64,000 nt of DNA from an uncultured Chloroflexia bacterium (GTDB lineage: Bacteria > Chloroflexota > Limnocylindria > Limnocylindrales > CSP1-4), in contig CAWJKF010000019.1 of assembly GCA_963843335.1 (NCBI GenBank), positions 15,701 to 79,700 on the forward strand, read 5' to 3'. Shown piece by piece: positions 30,462 to 39,890 of the stretch. Both the position numbers and the translations under genes were made by a program. Position 1 is the first letter of the stretch; each line of letters starts with the position of its first letter. The notes under the pieces are model-generated. The model did no database searches. It was given only the letters and a program-made list of their open reading frames with translations, and was not told the origin of the DNA.

Positions 30462-30740
30462 ATGGCCACTGAGGTCTTCATCTCCAAGATGACCGACTTC
30501 ATGGAAGAGGCCACGATCCTGTCGTGGCTCGTCGCTGATGGCGACCACGTGGACGAGGGCCAGGCGATCCTGGAGCTCGAGACGGACAAGGCGACGGCGG
30601 AGCTGGAAGCGCCGGCGACGGGGTACCTGGTCGGGATCCGTGCAGGCGCGGTGACCGGGGCGGTGATACGGGTCGGCGAGACGATCGCGTACATCGTCGA
30701 CATGCCTGACGACGCGGTAGCAGCCCTGCCGCCGCTCTGA
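30462..30740 (+). CDS. Free-standing biotinyl/lipoyl-attachment domain protein (92 aa)
   Basis: EATILSWLVADGDHVDEGQAILELETDKATAELEAPATGYL contains the lipoyl-lysine motif ETDKA. There is no E2 catalytic domain and no E3 gene nearby. Confidence 0.8.
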   Translation: MATEVFISKMTDFMEEATILSWLVADGDHVDEGQAILELETDKATAELEAPATGYLVGIRAGAVTGAVIRVGETIAYIVDMPDDAVAALPPL

Positions 30741-30785
30741 CCATCCCAATGTCGTGCCGCAGCGGGCGCGACCGGAGGCGCACAA

Positions 30786-31568
30786 GTGGAACTCAACGGA
30801 CGCGTGGCGCTCGTGACCGGAGCCGCGAGCGGCATCGGTCACGGCATCGCCCAGCACCTCCATGGCCACGGGATGTCCGTGGCACTCCTGGACAGCGACC
30901 CACACGTCATCGACCTCGCGTCAGACCTGGACGCGGATGGCCGACCGGCGATGGGACTGGTCGTGGACGTGACGGATACGAGGAGCGTGCGCGAGGCGTT
31001 CGAGCGCGCCGAGGCGGAGCTCGGGCCACCGTGGCTGCTCGTCAACTGCGCCGGCGTGTACGCCTCGGGACCCACGGTCGACCTGTCCGAGGCCGACTGG
31101 GACCGGTGCATCGGGGTGGACCTCAAGGGTGTGTTCCTGTGCTCGCAGGCGGCCCTCCGGACCATGATCCCCCATGGTGGAGGACGGATCGTCAGCATCA
31201 CCTCCATCGCTGGCCGCATCGCCCGACCGGCGCAGATCGCCTACTGCGCCGCCAAGGCGGGGGCCGACCACTTCACCCGGTGCCTCTCCATCGAGGTCGC
31301 CGGTCAGGGTGTGACGGTCAACTCCATCGCGCCCGGGATGACCCAGTCGCACATGCTGGATGCGGTCATCAGCCGGGGGGCGAGCCCGCAAGCGCTCCTG
31401 GCCCTCATCCCGGACGGTCACTTCGCGGTCCCCGAGGACCATGCTGCCCTGGTGGCCTGGCTGGCCAGCGACGAGGCCGCACACGTCACCGGCCAGGTCA
31501 TCAGCGTCGACGGCGGCCAGTCGCTCTACCAGCCCATCGCGACCGGAGCGCTCACGTCCAGGGAGTGA
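30786..31568 (+). CDS. SDR-family oxidoreductase
   Basis: VTGAASGIGHGIA...NCAG...SIAG....YCAAKAG. Confidence 0.85.
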   Translation: MELNGRVALVTGAASGIGHGIAQHLHGHGMSVALLDSDPHVIDLASDLDADGRPAMGLVVDVTDTRSVREAFERAEAELGPPWLLVNCAGVYASGPTVDLSEADWDRCIGVDLKGVFLCSQAALRTMIPHGGGRIVSITSIAGRIARPAQIAYCAAKAGADHFTRCLSIEVAGQGVTVNSIAPGMTQSHMLDAVISRGASPQALLALIPDGHFAVPEDHAALVAWLASDEAAHVTGQVISVDGGQSLYQPIATGALTSRE

Positions 31569-31645
31569 CGGGGGGCTTCCTGCGCCATGGGCGGGGACGC
31601 CCTCGTCGGGCTGACACGCTGCTCTAGCCTGGCGGTAGCAGAGAC

Positions 31646-32677
31646 ATGAAGGCACTGATGAAGGTCGCTCCAGAACCTGGGCTCGAGATCGTCGACATCC
31701 CGATGCCCCGGATCGAGCATCCCGATGACGTGCTCTTCAAGGTCGAGTTCTGTGCCATCTGCGTTGGCGAGACCAAGGTCTACGACTGGAACCAGTGGGC
31801 GGCGAGCGACCCGACGCTGCAACTTCCCGCCGTACTCGGCCACGAGGCGTCCGGGACGGTCGTTGACGTCGGCTCCGGCGTGAAGGGCCTCCGGCCCGGT
31901 GACCGCATCGTCAACGACCCCCTGATCCACTGCGGTCGCTGTCGACAGTGCCGCGCTGGATTCACCAACATGTGCGAGGAGCGCGAGATCTACGGCAAGC
32001 GGCGCGGCGCATTCGCCGAGTTCGCGGTCCTGCCCGAGAGCGCGATCTGTTCCTTGAGCGACAGACTGAGTCTGGAGGAGGGCGCGCTGCTGGAGAACCT
32101 CGGCATCGCCGTGCACGCATGCGAGGTCGAGCCCCATGATCCCGGTGACTGGGCCGTCATCATCGGAGCCGGCCCGATCGGGATCCTCGCCGCGCAGACG
32201 CTCGTGGCCTGGGGGATGAACGTCGTGGTGACCGACCTCGTCGATGCGCGGATCGCCTTCGCGCGTGCGTGGTCGGGTGCGACCGTCATCGACCTGAAGG
32301 AGGAGGATCCGATCCAGCGGGTGCTGGACCTTACGGCAGGTCGAGGCGCCGACTTCATCATCGAGATGGCAGCCAACCAGGCCGCTATGGACCAGGCATT
32401 CGAGATGGTCAGGATCCGCGGCACCGTCGTGACCATCGGCACCTTCAACGGACCGATCTCGTTCAATCCGTTCTTCGCGTTGTCGCGACGAGAGGTCACG
32501 CTTCGGAGCGCCATGGGCCGGACTGGAGAGACGTGGCGCCGGATGGCGCAGCTCATCGAGTCGGACAAGCTCCGACTGCGGCCGCTGATCGACGAGATCT
32601 TGGCGCTCGATCAGTTCGTTCAGGGGTTCGAGCTGGTCAAGGGGCACCAGGTGCAGAAGATCCTGCTGCGACCCTGA
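31646..32677 (+). CDS. Zinc-dependent medium-chain alcohol/polyol dehydrogenase
   Basis: CAICVGE...[10 protein letters not shown]...GDRV...[12 protein letters not shown]...GAGPIG. Confidence 0.85.
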   Translation: MKALMKVAPEPGLEIVDIPMPRIEHPDDVLFKVEFCAICVGETKVYDWNQWAASDPTLQLPAVLGHEASGTVVDVGSGVKGLRPGDRIVNDPLIHCGRCRQCRAGFTNMCEEREIYGKRRGAFAEFAVLPESAICSLSDRLSLEEGALLENLGIAVHACEVEPHDPGDWAVIIGAGPIGILAAQTLVAWGMNVVVTDLVDARIAFARAWSGATVIDLKEEDPIQRVLDLTAGRGADFIIEMAANQAAMDQAFEMVRIRGTVVTIGTFNGPISFNPFFALSRREVTLRSAMGRTGETWRRMAQLIESDKLRLRPLIDEILALDQFVQGFELVKGHQVQKILLRP

Positions 32678-32706
32678 GATGCTCCCAAGCGTGGTGACCG
32701 CTCCGG

Positions 32707-33651
32707 CTATCCCCGGTCTGCCAGGTACTGCTCCTGGAGCGCGTTGATGAGCCAGACCATGGCGTCATTGAGGGGCGTCGGGATACCGCTCGCCTGACCC
32801 GCGGCCGTGATCGCGCCATTGATGACGTCGATCTCCGTGCGGCGACCCGCCTCGACATCCTGGAGCATCGACGACCGCCCTCCGATGGCCCGGTCGAGCA
32901 GGCTGGTGATGGCATCCCACCGCTCCGACTCGTCCAGGTCGATGCCGGCTGCCCTGGCCACCGCGGCCACCTCGCCGAGGAGGCCGCGCATCACGGCCCT
33001 GCTGCCCTCGTGGCGGTTGAGCTCGTGCGCCGGGAACCGCAGGAGGGCCGAGGTCGGCAGGGTGCACACGTTGAGCGCGAGCTTCTTCCAGATCTCGTTC
33101 ACGATGGTGGTCGATGTCGCCACCTCGATGCCGGCGTTGGAGAAGGCGGCGGCGACCGCCGCCAGTCGCTCGGTGGCGCTGCCGTCCAGCTCACCGATGT
33201 GCGTGAGTCCGGATCCCGTGTGCTTGACCTGACCGGGACCCGTGAGCGTGGCCGAGTGGTATGTCAGCCCGACGAGCACGCGCTCCAGGCCCGCGACACT
33301 CCCGATCCGATCCGCGTTGCCCCACCCATTCTGGAGGGACAGGATCGCCGTTTCCGGCCCCAGGAGCGGAGCTGCCGATCGGATGGCCGCCTCCGTGTGA
33401 TAGCTCTTGACGACGGACATCACCAGGTCGACCGGACCGACGGAGGCGGGGTCCGACGTCGCACGTACCCGGATCAGTGACTGGCTGCCGTCGGCCTCGG
33501 TGATCGTCAGCGCGCCATCGTTGATGGCTGCGACCGTGTCCGGTCGCACGTCGATGAGGCTCACGTCCAGGCCGGAACGCGCCAGGTAGCCACCCAGGAG
33601 CCCACCCATCGCGCCACCACCGCCCAGCACCGCGACCTTCAGGGATGCCAT
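32707..33651 (-). CDS. 2-dehydropantoate 2-reductase (PanE/ApbA) family oxidoreductase
   Basis: KVAVLGGGGAMGG...VKSYHTE...LQNG.GN...EIWKKLALN...SMLQDVEAGRRTEID. Confidence 0.75.
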   Translation of the reverse strand: MASLKVAVLGGGGAMGGLLGGYLARSGLDVSLIDVRPDTVAAINDGALTITEADGSQSLIRVRATSDPASVGPVDLVMSVVKSYHTEAAIRSAAPLLGPETAILSLQNGWGNADRIGSVAGLERVLVGLTYHSATLTGPGQVKHTGSGLTHIGELDGSATERLAAVAAAFSNAGIEVATSTTIVNEIWKKLALNVCTLPTSALLRFPAHELNRHEGSRAVMRGLLGEVAAVARAAGIDLDESERWDAITSLLDRAIGGRSSMLQDVEAGRRTEIDVINGAITAAGQASGIPTPLNDAMVWLINALQEQYLADRG

Positions 33652-33733
33652 GTCGATACCTCCGTGGATGTGAGCGAGCTGCCGATGGCTCGAGGAAGCG
33701 GGGAAGGGTGCGCCCCGGTGTCGCGAGAGCGCC

Positions 33734-35728
33734 TCATCCCGGGCGCCACTGCAGGCTCGCCACGGCGTAGGCGCTCAGGGACAGGGGTATCGGCGAGGTC
33801 GCGACCGCGTCGTCGCCGGACGCCCGGAAGGCGTCCGGGTGCGCGCTGGCCACACTCACCCTGCCCACATCGAGCATCCGGACGCGCCATCTCCCGGTCG
33901 ACGCCATCCCGGGCCGCAGCAGGACGTCGATGCGATCGCGGGTCAGGTTGGCGACGAGGACGACCGGACCATCCGGCGACGTGGCCGCCAGGGCCGCGAC
34001 CCGGCGGGGGTCGGAGATGACGACGGCCAAGGCCGACCCGCCGCGACACCCCGCGAGGTCCGCCAGCACATGCCACACCGGGTAGATGGCGCCCGGTGTC
34101 GACAGGAAATGGTCGGGTGCGGCGGACCCGTCCCGGCGCTCCATCACGCCTCGCCAGCCGGTCGTCTCATAGAGCGTCACGCTCGTGGCGCCGGATACCA
34201 GCATCCCGGCCAGTGCACCCACCGACCACGCGGCAGTGAACAGCGAGGGCTGGCGGACATCGACCTGGGGCGGCATCCCGCCCGGTCGCTCCCGGCCAGC
34301 CGGCCAGGGACCGTTGACCGTGGCCAGCGTGACCGGCCCGACGCGGACGGGCCGGCCGCCGACGGCATCCGCGGCCGTGCGCACCTGCTGGTCGAGCCCG
34401 AGCAGGTTCTCCATCACGGTCCGGTCATCATCCCGGTGGACGGTCGGTGCGAACGGCACCCCGACCATGCCCAGCGCGGCCGCGTCGACGGGCGCACGGT
34501 TGAGCGCGGCAAGCGTGCCCACCATGGAGCCGACCGGCACGCCCGGCAGGACGCTGGACAGCCGCTCGCGTGCGACCACGACCACCGCCGCCGGCGTCCC
34601 CGAGTCGACCGGACCGTCACCCGGCGCGCGGACCAGGATCGCCTCCAGCAGGTCGCCCAGCGGCGCGAGCAACCCAGCGGCTCGCTCCAGCCCGTCACCG
34701 CCTCGACCTAGGAGTAGCTCGACCTCCAGGCGTGCTCCCACGGCGATCGCGTCGGCCGAGGCCGAGGCCAGCCGGGCCGTCACGTCGGCCGACCCGGCCC
34801 CGCCCGCGTCGACGACGACCCGGAGGTGCCCCGGGTGGAGGCTGGCCACGCGTGCGATCTCGTCGCCGGCCAGCCGCAGCCCATCGCTGGCGACACCCAG
34901 GCCCAGGGTGGGGAGCCGCGACCCCGGCTGATCGCCGATGTCCACGGTCACCATCGCGGCCGCGGACGGTGCCGTCGGGCGGGCCGGCGGTGCACTCGAC
35001 GCATCGGCAGCGAAGCCGATCCTGACCTGCTGGGTGATGCGGTCCCCGGCGACCGCGGCCAGGGGCGCCGGTCGCTGGAGGGGCGTGGAGTAGGTCTTGA
35101 ACGTGGCATCGGCGAAGTTGCGCTGGTCCTCCGTCTCGAACTCGTCACCCGAGCAGTCGAGCGTGACGGTCAGGCCATCGGCGCGGTCGATCTCCAGTCG
35201 CCGGAACGGTTCCAGCATGCCCGTCAGGCGCCCGCCGCGCTCCCGTTGCGGGGCGATATCGACCGGGAACGTCCCCTGGCGCGCGACGCCGTCGTCGCCA
35301 CCGGAGGTGCGATAGGGGCGGCCCGCGAAGTCGCTCACCGAATGCAGGACATTGAAGCCGATCCGGTTGTACCGGAAGTCGTTGGCTGCGACGCCGTCGA
35401 AGGCGTAGCTGATGCTGCCCTCCGGGGTACCGAGGATGATGCCGGCCCACGAGAGGTCCATGCCCGCCCCGATGTTCCGGGCACGGAAGGTCACCCGGAA
35501 GCCGGTCGGGTCCTGGATGATCGACAGGTCATCGACCGCCGCCGGGATGGTGTTCCATGCCTCATCCCGGACGGCCACGAACACCAGGTTGGCCAGCTCG
35601 GCTTCGCCGTGCCGGACATCGCGCAGCTCGATGCCGTCGAGCTCGCAGGTCACAGGCCCCGCGTGGAGCACCTGCGTCGGTGTCGGTGGCGTGCGCCGCC
35701 CCGTCAGCTGGACCTCGGTATCCATCAC
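33734..35728 (-). CDS. Hypothetical protein, 664 aa, uninterrupted, no motif I recognise
   Basis: Single long ORF with strong GC3 bias. ATGA overlap with the upstream aldolase gene, so it is part of the operon. Confidence 0.75.
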   Translation of the reverse strand: MMDTEVQLTGRRTPPTPTQVLHAGPVTCELDGIELRDVRHGEAELANLVFVAVRDEAWNTIPAAVDDLSIIQDPTGFRVTFRARNIGAGMDLSWAGIILGTPEGSISYAFDGVAANDFRYNRIGFNVLHSVSDFAGRPYRTSGGDDGVARQGTFPVDIAPQRERGGRLTGMLEPFRRLEIDRADGLTVTLDCSGDEFETEDQRNFADATFKTYSTPLQRPAPLAAVAGDRITQQVRIGFAADASSAPPARPTAPSAAAMVTVDIGDQPGSRLPTLGLGVASDGLRLAGDEIARVASLHPGHLRVVVDAGGAGSADVTARLASASADAIAVGARLEVELLLGRGGDGLERAAGLLAPLGDLLEAILVRAPGDGPVDSGTPAAVVVVARERLSSVLPGVPVGSMVGTLAALNRAPVDAAALGMVGVPFAPTVHRDDDRTVMENLLGLDQQVRTAADAVGGRPVRVGPVTLATVNGPWPAGRERPGGMPPQVDVRQPSLFTAAWSVGALAGMLVSGATSVTLYETTGWRGVMERRDGSAAPDHFLSTPGAIYPVWHVLADLAGCRGGSALAVVISDPRRVAALAATSPDGPVVLVANLTRDRIDVLLRPGMASTGRWRVRMLDVGRVSVASAHPDAFRASGDDAVATSPIPLSLSAYAVASLQWRPG

Positions 35729-36585
35729 CCACCCGCCCTCTGCGGTGCCCGGTCGAGCAGGCCACGACTGCCGATCCGGTCGATGATCTGCGATGTCGCG
35801 GCGGCGACTGCCTGCCGCGCCCCTGCCAATGTATCCACCAGCTCCTCGCGTCGCTCATCCATCAGCGCTTCCCGGTAGGCAACCCGCAGCGCCGTATTGA
35901 CGTTGACCTTGCAGATGCCGAGGGCGATCGCGGCCTGGAGCTGCACGTCGTCCAGGCCCGACCCGCCGTGCAGCACGAGCGGCACCTCGGTGACGTCCCT
36001 GATCGCCCGCAGCCGGTCCAGATCGAGCGTCGGGGGCGCCGCCGTGGAGCCATGGACGTTGCCGATGCTCACCGCCAGGAGGTCGGCGCCGCTCGTGACC
36101 AGGAAGTCGGCAACGACATCCGGGTCCGTCAGTCGCGCGGTCCGCGCTTCCACGGTCCAGCCGTCCTCGCCCCCCGCCAGCCGGCCCAGCTCTGCCTCCA
36201 CTTCCGATCCGGCCGCGTGCGCCACTGCAGACAGCCCCTGGACGAACCGGGCATTCTCCTGGAGCTCGAGTCGTGAGCCGTCGACCATGACCCCGTCCAG
36301 ACCGCTGGCGACACCGTGGCGGACGATGGCCCCATCCCCGCAGTGATCGAGGTGCACGGCGACAGGCACGGCTGCAGCGTCCGCGAGGACCCGCAGGCCG
36401 GCCACGAGCGGCCACAGCCCATCCCCGGCACCGTCCGGATGGACCTGGAGGATCATCGGTGTGCGCGCGGTCTCGGCAGCCTCGAGCACCCCTGCCGCCT
36501 GGTCGAGCGTGTACACGTTGCAGGCTGCGACGGCACACCCGGCCGCGGACGCCTGGCGCAGCATCGCCGAGAGGCGGCCCTTCAT
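35725..36585 (-). CDS. Class II fructose/tagatose-bisphosphate aldolase-family protein (FbaA/GatY/KbaY-like)
   Basis: AACNVYTLDQAAGVLEAAE..RTPMILQV...VAVHLDHC...VMVDGS...EAELG...AVSIGNVHG...PLVLHGGSG. Confidence 0.8.
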   Translation of the reverse strand: MKGRLSAMLRQASAAGCAVAACNVYTLDQAAGVLEAAETARTPMILQVHPDGAGDGLWPLVAGLRVLADAAAVPVAVHLDHCGDGAIVRHGVASGLDGVMVDGSRLELQENARFVQGLSAVAHAAGSEVEAELGRLAGGEDGWTVEARTARLTDPDVVADFLVTSGADLLAVSIGNVHGSTAAPPTLDLDRLRAIRDVTEVPLVLHGGSGLDDVQLQAAIALGICKVNVNTALRVAYREALMDERREELVDTLAGARQAVAAATSQIIDRIGSRGLLDRAPQRAGG

Positions 36586-38009
36586 GACCCGACCCCGGAC
36601 AATCGGAGGACCGCCTCTCGGAGCGCTTCGGGGCCGCCGACATTCCCCGGGAAGACGCCCAACGGCAGGCCAGGCCAGCGGGATCGGGGACCGCATGACC
36701 AGAGCGGCACACCCGGCAGCAAGGGCCCCACGATCGTCGCTTCGTCGACCTGCAGGCCCGTGGTCGCCACGTCGCTGCTCGTGATGCCGCCCTTGGCGAT
36801 GATCCAGGCCGGCCGCGTCTCGACGCGGCCCACGATGGTGACCAGGGCAGCCGACACGAGTGCCGAGATGTCCAGGTCGGCATCGGCATCGGCACCCCGC
36901 ATCAGCTCCCGGGAGGTCGCCACCACGGGCGTGCGGCCGTCCCGCAACACGGACTCGGCATGCCTCGTGATGGCCATCAGGCGCTGCTCCCGCTCCACCT
37001 CCCCCAACGCGAGCAGCTCGGCCACGGGCAACTCCAGGTGGGTGAGCGGGACAGGCGGATCGGCCAGCAGGCGCTCCAGCTGCGCGGTGGTGGTCGGCAC
37101 ATGGGACCCCACGACCACCAGGCCCGGGAGTCCCCACTGCAGCTCAGCCCGCGACAGTGGCGAGACCGTCGGCCGTCCGGCCCTGGCGCGGACGTACGAG
37201 GCTGCCGTGCGGCCGACGAGCGGCAGGCCCTGGCGCTCCGCGAGCAGGGAGCCGAGTGCCACGACCTCGATGTCCCGTTCGTCCGCCGCGTCCGTGGCGA
37301 GGACACCCGACGGCGGTAGCGCCAGCAGCGCGTCTCGAACGCAGGCGGGACCGTCCGTGCGGATGCGTTCGAGCCCGAGGACCGCGACACTGCGAGCCCG
37401 CGGTTCGTAACCAGACGCCGCAGCAGCCGCCGTTCGCTCCGTGACCCAATCCCGGAGGTCGGACGACCGGTACCCGAAGACCGGGTCGCGAGCGAACTCG
37501 GTCTCCGCGACGGGCGCCAGCCCGTCTGCGCGTCGGAGGTAGTGGATGCCACCGACGGTCAGGCGGCCGCCATCGCCGAAGTAGGGTGCCAGGAGCACCC
37601 GAGCGTCGGACATGCCCATCGCGTCCACGAGGGCATCCAGCTCGAGCGGGAAGTGACCACGGAGGGTCGAGTCGCTCCGGCTCACCACCGCCCAGGCGCG
37701 AGCGGCGCCGACCGCGGAGTCGCGCAATGCCCGCCCGATGGCATCGGCCAGCGTGACCGCATCGCGTGGCGGCAGGCTTCGGCTGTTGGTCAGCAGGAAC
37801 GCGAGCGGCAGGTCGGTGGCCAGGGTCTCCGCCAGCCGCGCGGTGGTCCAGCGCGTGAGGACCGGCACGTCGCGGACCGTCTGGGTGCCGGTCGGGTCAT
37901 CGTCGAGCGCCACCACGAGCGTGGACAGGCCAAGCTCTCGGATCCCCGGCAAGGGGTCCTCGGGCCAGACCGGCAGGGCCAGCAGCTCGTCAACGGCAGA
38001 CGGGCTCAT
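36582..38009 (-). CDS. Four-carbon acid-sugar kinase family protein (DUF1537; OtnK/DtnK/OiaK-like)
   Basis: N-terminus: VVALDDDPTGTQTV...LTNSRS. C-terminus: IIAKGGITSSDVAT...GVFPGNVGGPEAL. Confidence 0.75.
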   Translation of the reverse strand: MSPSAVDELLALPVWPEDPLPGIRELGLSTLVVALDDDPTGTQTVRDVPVLTRWTTARLAETLATDLPLAFLLTNSRSLPPRDAVTLADAIGRALRDSAVGAARAWAVVSRSDSTLRGHFPLELDALVDAMGMSDARVLLAPYFGDGGRLTVGGIHYLRRADGLAPVAETEFARDPVFGYRSSDLRDWVTERTAAAAASGYEPRARSVAVLGLERIRTDGPACVRDALLALPPSGVLATDAADERDIEVVALGSLLAERQGLPLVGRTAASYVRARAGRPTVSPLSRAELQWGLPGLVVVGSHVPTTTAQLERLLADPPVPLTHLELPVAELLALGEVEREQRLMAITRHAESVLRDGRTPVVATSRELMRGADADADLDISALVSAALVTIVGRVETRPAWIIAKGGITSSDVATTGLQVDEATIVGPLLPGVPLWSCGPRSRWPGLPLGVFPGNVGGPEALREAVLRLSGVGS

Positions 38010-38067
38010 GTCGTGCGCGCGATATCCGCGCCCACCCGGTCGGCACCAGCCTGGTAGCGCACGACCC

Positions 38068-39093
38068 TCACGTCCTGATCGCCTCGCCGGATGCGGCTGA
38101 TGTGTAGGCCGCCTCCACCAGGGCCAGGGTGCGCAGATTGTCGGCCGCCGTGGTCTCCGCCTGGTGGGTGCCCCGGATATGGCCCAACAGATCCGTGATG
38201 CAGGGCTCGATGGCCGCCTGTGGCACCGCGTACTGCGGGTCGACCCAGGACCATGCCGGCGGCCCGACGTCCCGGCTCCTGGTGCCGTCCCTGGTCGTGA
38301 CGCGCAGCTCGTGCGGGGCCCGCAGCTCCAGCGTGCCGCCGGTCCCTTCGACGCGGATGAGCAGCTCGGGGAACGGATCGTGTTCCAGCACGGTCGCGAA
38401 CGACATCTCGCAGCTGACCGTCACGTCGTCACCCATCCGGAGCAGGACGGTCGCGACATCCTCGCCCGCGATACCGGGTTGGATGCTCTGGGTCCGCGCT
38501 GTGAGCAGGGACGCTTCGCCGAACAGGAAACGCGCGACGTCCAGGAGGTGGACACCCAGGTCGGCGAGGATCATCCGCGGCAGCTCGCGCAGGAAGGGCT
38601 GCCTGACGAACACTGGGAAGCCGGTCGTGAACTCGAGGCGCGCCCGGAACGGAGCCCCGATGGCTCCGCCGTGGAGCTCGGCAGCGAGCTGGCGCACCGG
38701 GGCCTGCCAGCGGAAGTTCTCGTGGACCAGCAGCGTCACGCCCTTCGCCTCGCAGTAGGCAGCGCTCCGTCGAGCGGTGTCGAGATCGGACGCCAGCGGC
38801 TTCTGGCAGATGACCGCCAGCCCCTGATCGGCCGCCAGCCGGATGAGGTTGGCATGCGTGTCGGGTGCCGTGATGATGTCCACCACATCCAGGCCACCCG
38901 CGGCCAGCATCGCCGCGGGATCGTCGTACACCGCGGGGATACCGAACCGCTGGGCGAGCGCCTGCGCGGGAGCGAGCGACCGGTTGGCGATGGCGACCAC
39001 GCGCGCGTCCTGGTGCTCGGCCCAGCCGGCGAGCTGGTATCCCGCCCAGAACCCCGCGCCGATGACCCCCACGCGGGTGGGCGACGCAGTCAC
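38068..39093 (-). CDS. Gfo/Idh/MocA-family NAD(P)-dependent oxidoreductase
   Basis: RVGVIGAGFWAGYQLAGW...VVAIANR...VICQKPLA...LVHENFRWQ. Confidence 0.85.
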   Translation of the reverse strand: MTASPTRVGVIGAGFWAGYQLAGWAEHQDARVVAIANRSLAPAQALAQRFGIPAVYDDPAAMLAAGGLDVVDIITAPDTHANLIRLAADQGLAVICQKPLASDLDTARRSAAYCEAKGVTLLVHENFRWQAPVRQLAAELHGGAIGAPFRARLEFTTGFPVFVRQPFLRELPRMILADLGVHLLDVARFLFGEASLLTARTQSIQPGIAGEDVATVLLRMGDDVTVSCEMSFATVLEHDPFPELLIRVEGTGGTLELRAPHELRVTTRDGTRSRDVGPPAWSWVDPQYAVPQAAIEPCITDLLGHIRGTHQAETTAADNLRTLALVEAAYTSAASGEAIRT

Positions 39094-39890
39094 GCCGCCG
39101 TTTCCTCCACCCGATGATCGTCGCCGTCGATGACCAGCACCTGGTTCGGCTGGAGGGCGATCGGCACGCGCTGGCCGGTCGTGTCGCGCTCCCTGACGGC
39201 CGCCAGGAACCTGGCCACGTCGGCATCGGCAAGCCGGGTCGCATCGTAGTGACTCGCGATGGCGTACTTGACACCCAGTAGCTCGGCCGCGATCGCGGCC
39301 TCCTCCGGGTCCATCTCTCCGGTCACGACCTGGCCGGCCCCCGTGTAGACGCTGGGCAGCAGGTCATACGGCTGGGCGCAGCCCATCAGGCCAACGGTCG
39401 GCCGGTGCAGCTCTCCGATGAAGCGCATGTCACCAAAGACCGCGGTGTCCCCGGAGTGGTAGATCCGAACGCCCGGCTCCGTCTCCACGATGAAGCTCAA
39501 CGGGAAGCCGGGGACCCTGAATTCGTCCCTGAGCGTCGTGCCCGCCCAATGCTGGCACTGGACCGGCCGGATGAGCAGATCGCCGATCTGGATCTTGATG
39601 CCCCACATGGTGCGGCGGACCTGCGCGGCTGGCACCCCTCGTTCCATCAGGAGCAGCTCGCTGTCCGCCCCGCAGACCACGGAGGCGCCCGTCCGGATGG
39701 CGATCTCCGCGGTGTCGCCGAGGTGGTCGATGGGCGGGTGGCTGACCAGGATGACGTCCGGCGCCTCCAGGTCATCCGGGCCGCAGGGTGCCGTGCTGGA
39801 ACCCGTCAGGAACGGGTCGAAGAGGATGCGGTGCCGCGGGCCCACGACCTCGAACGCGGCCGTACCCAGGAATCGGATGCGCGTGGTCAC
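39090..39890 (-). CDS. MBL-fold metallo-hydrolase
   Basis: IRFLGTAAFEV....ILFDPF...VILVSHPPIDHLGD...HSGDT beta-lactamase-fold motifs. Confidence 0.7.
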   Translation of the reverse strand: MTTRIRFLGTAAFEVVGPRHRILFDPFLTGSSTAPCGPDDLEAPDVILVSHPPIDHLGDTAEIAIRTGASVVCGADSELLLMERGVPAAQVRRTMWGIKIQIGDLLIRPVQCQHWAGTTLRDEFRVPGFPLSFIVETEPGVRIYHSGDTAVFGDMRFIGELHRPTVGLMGCAQPYDLLPSVYTGAGQVVTGEMDPEEAAIAAELLGVKYAIASHYDATRLADADVARFLAAVRERDTTGQRVPIALQPNQVLVIDGDDHRVEETAA

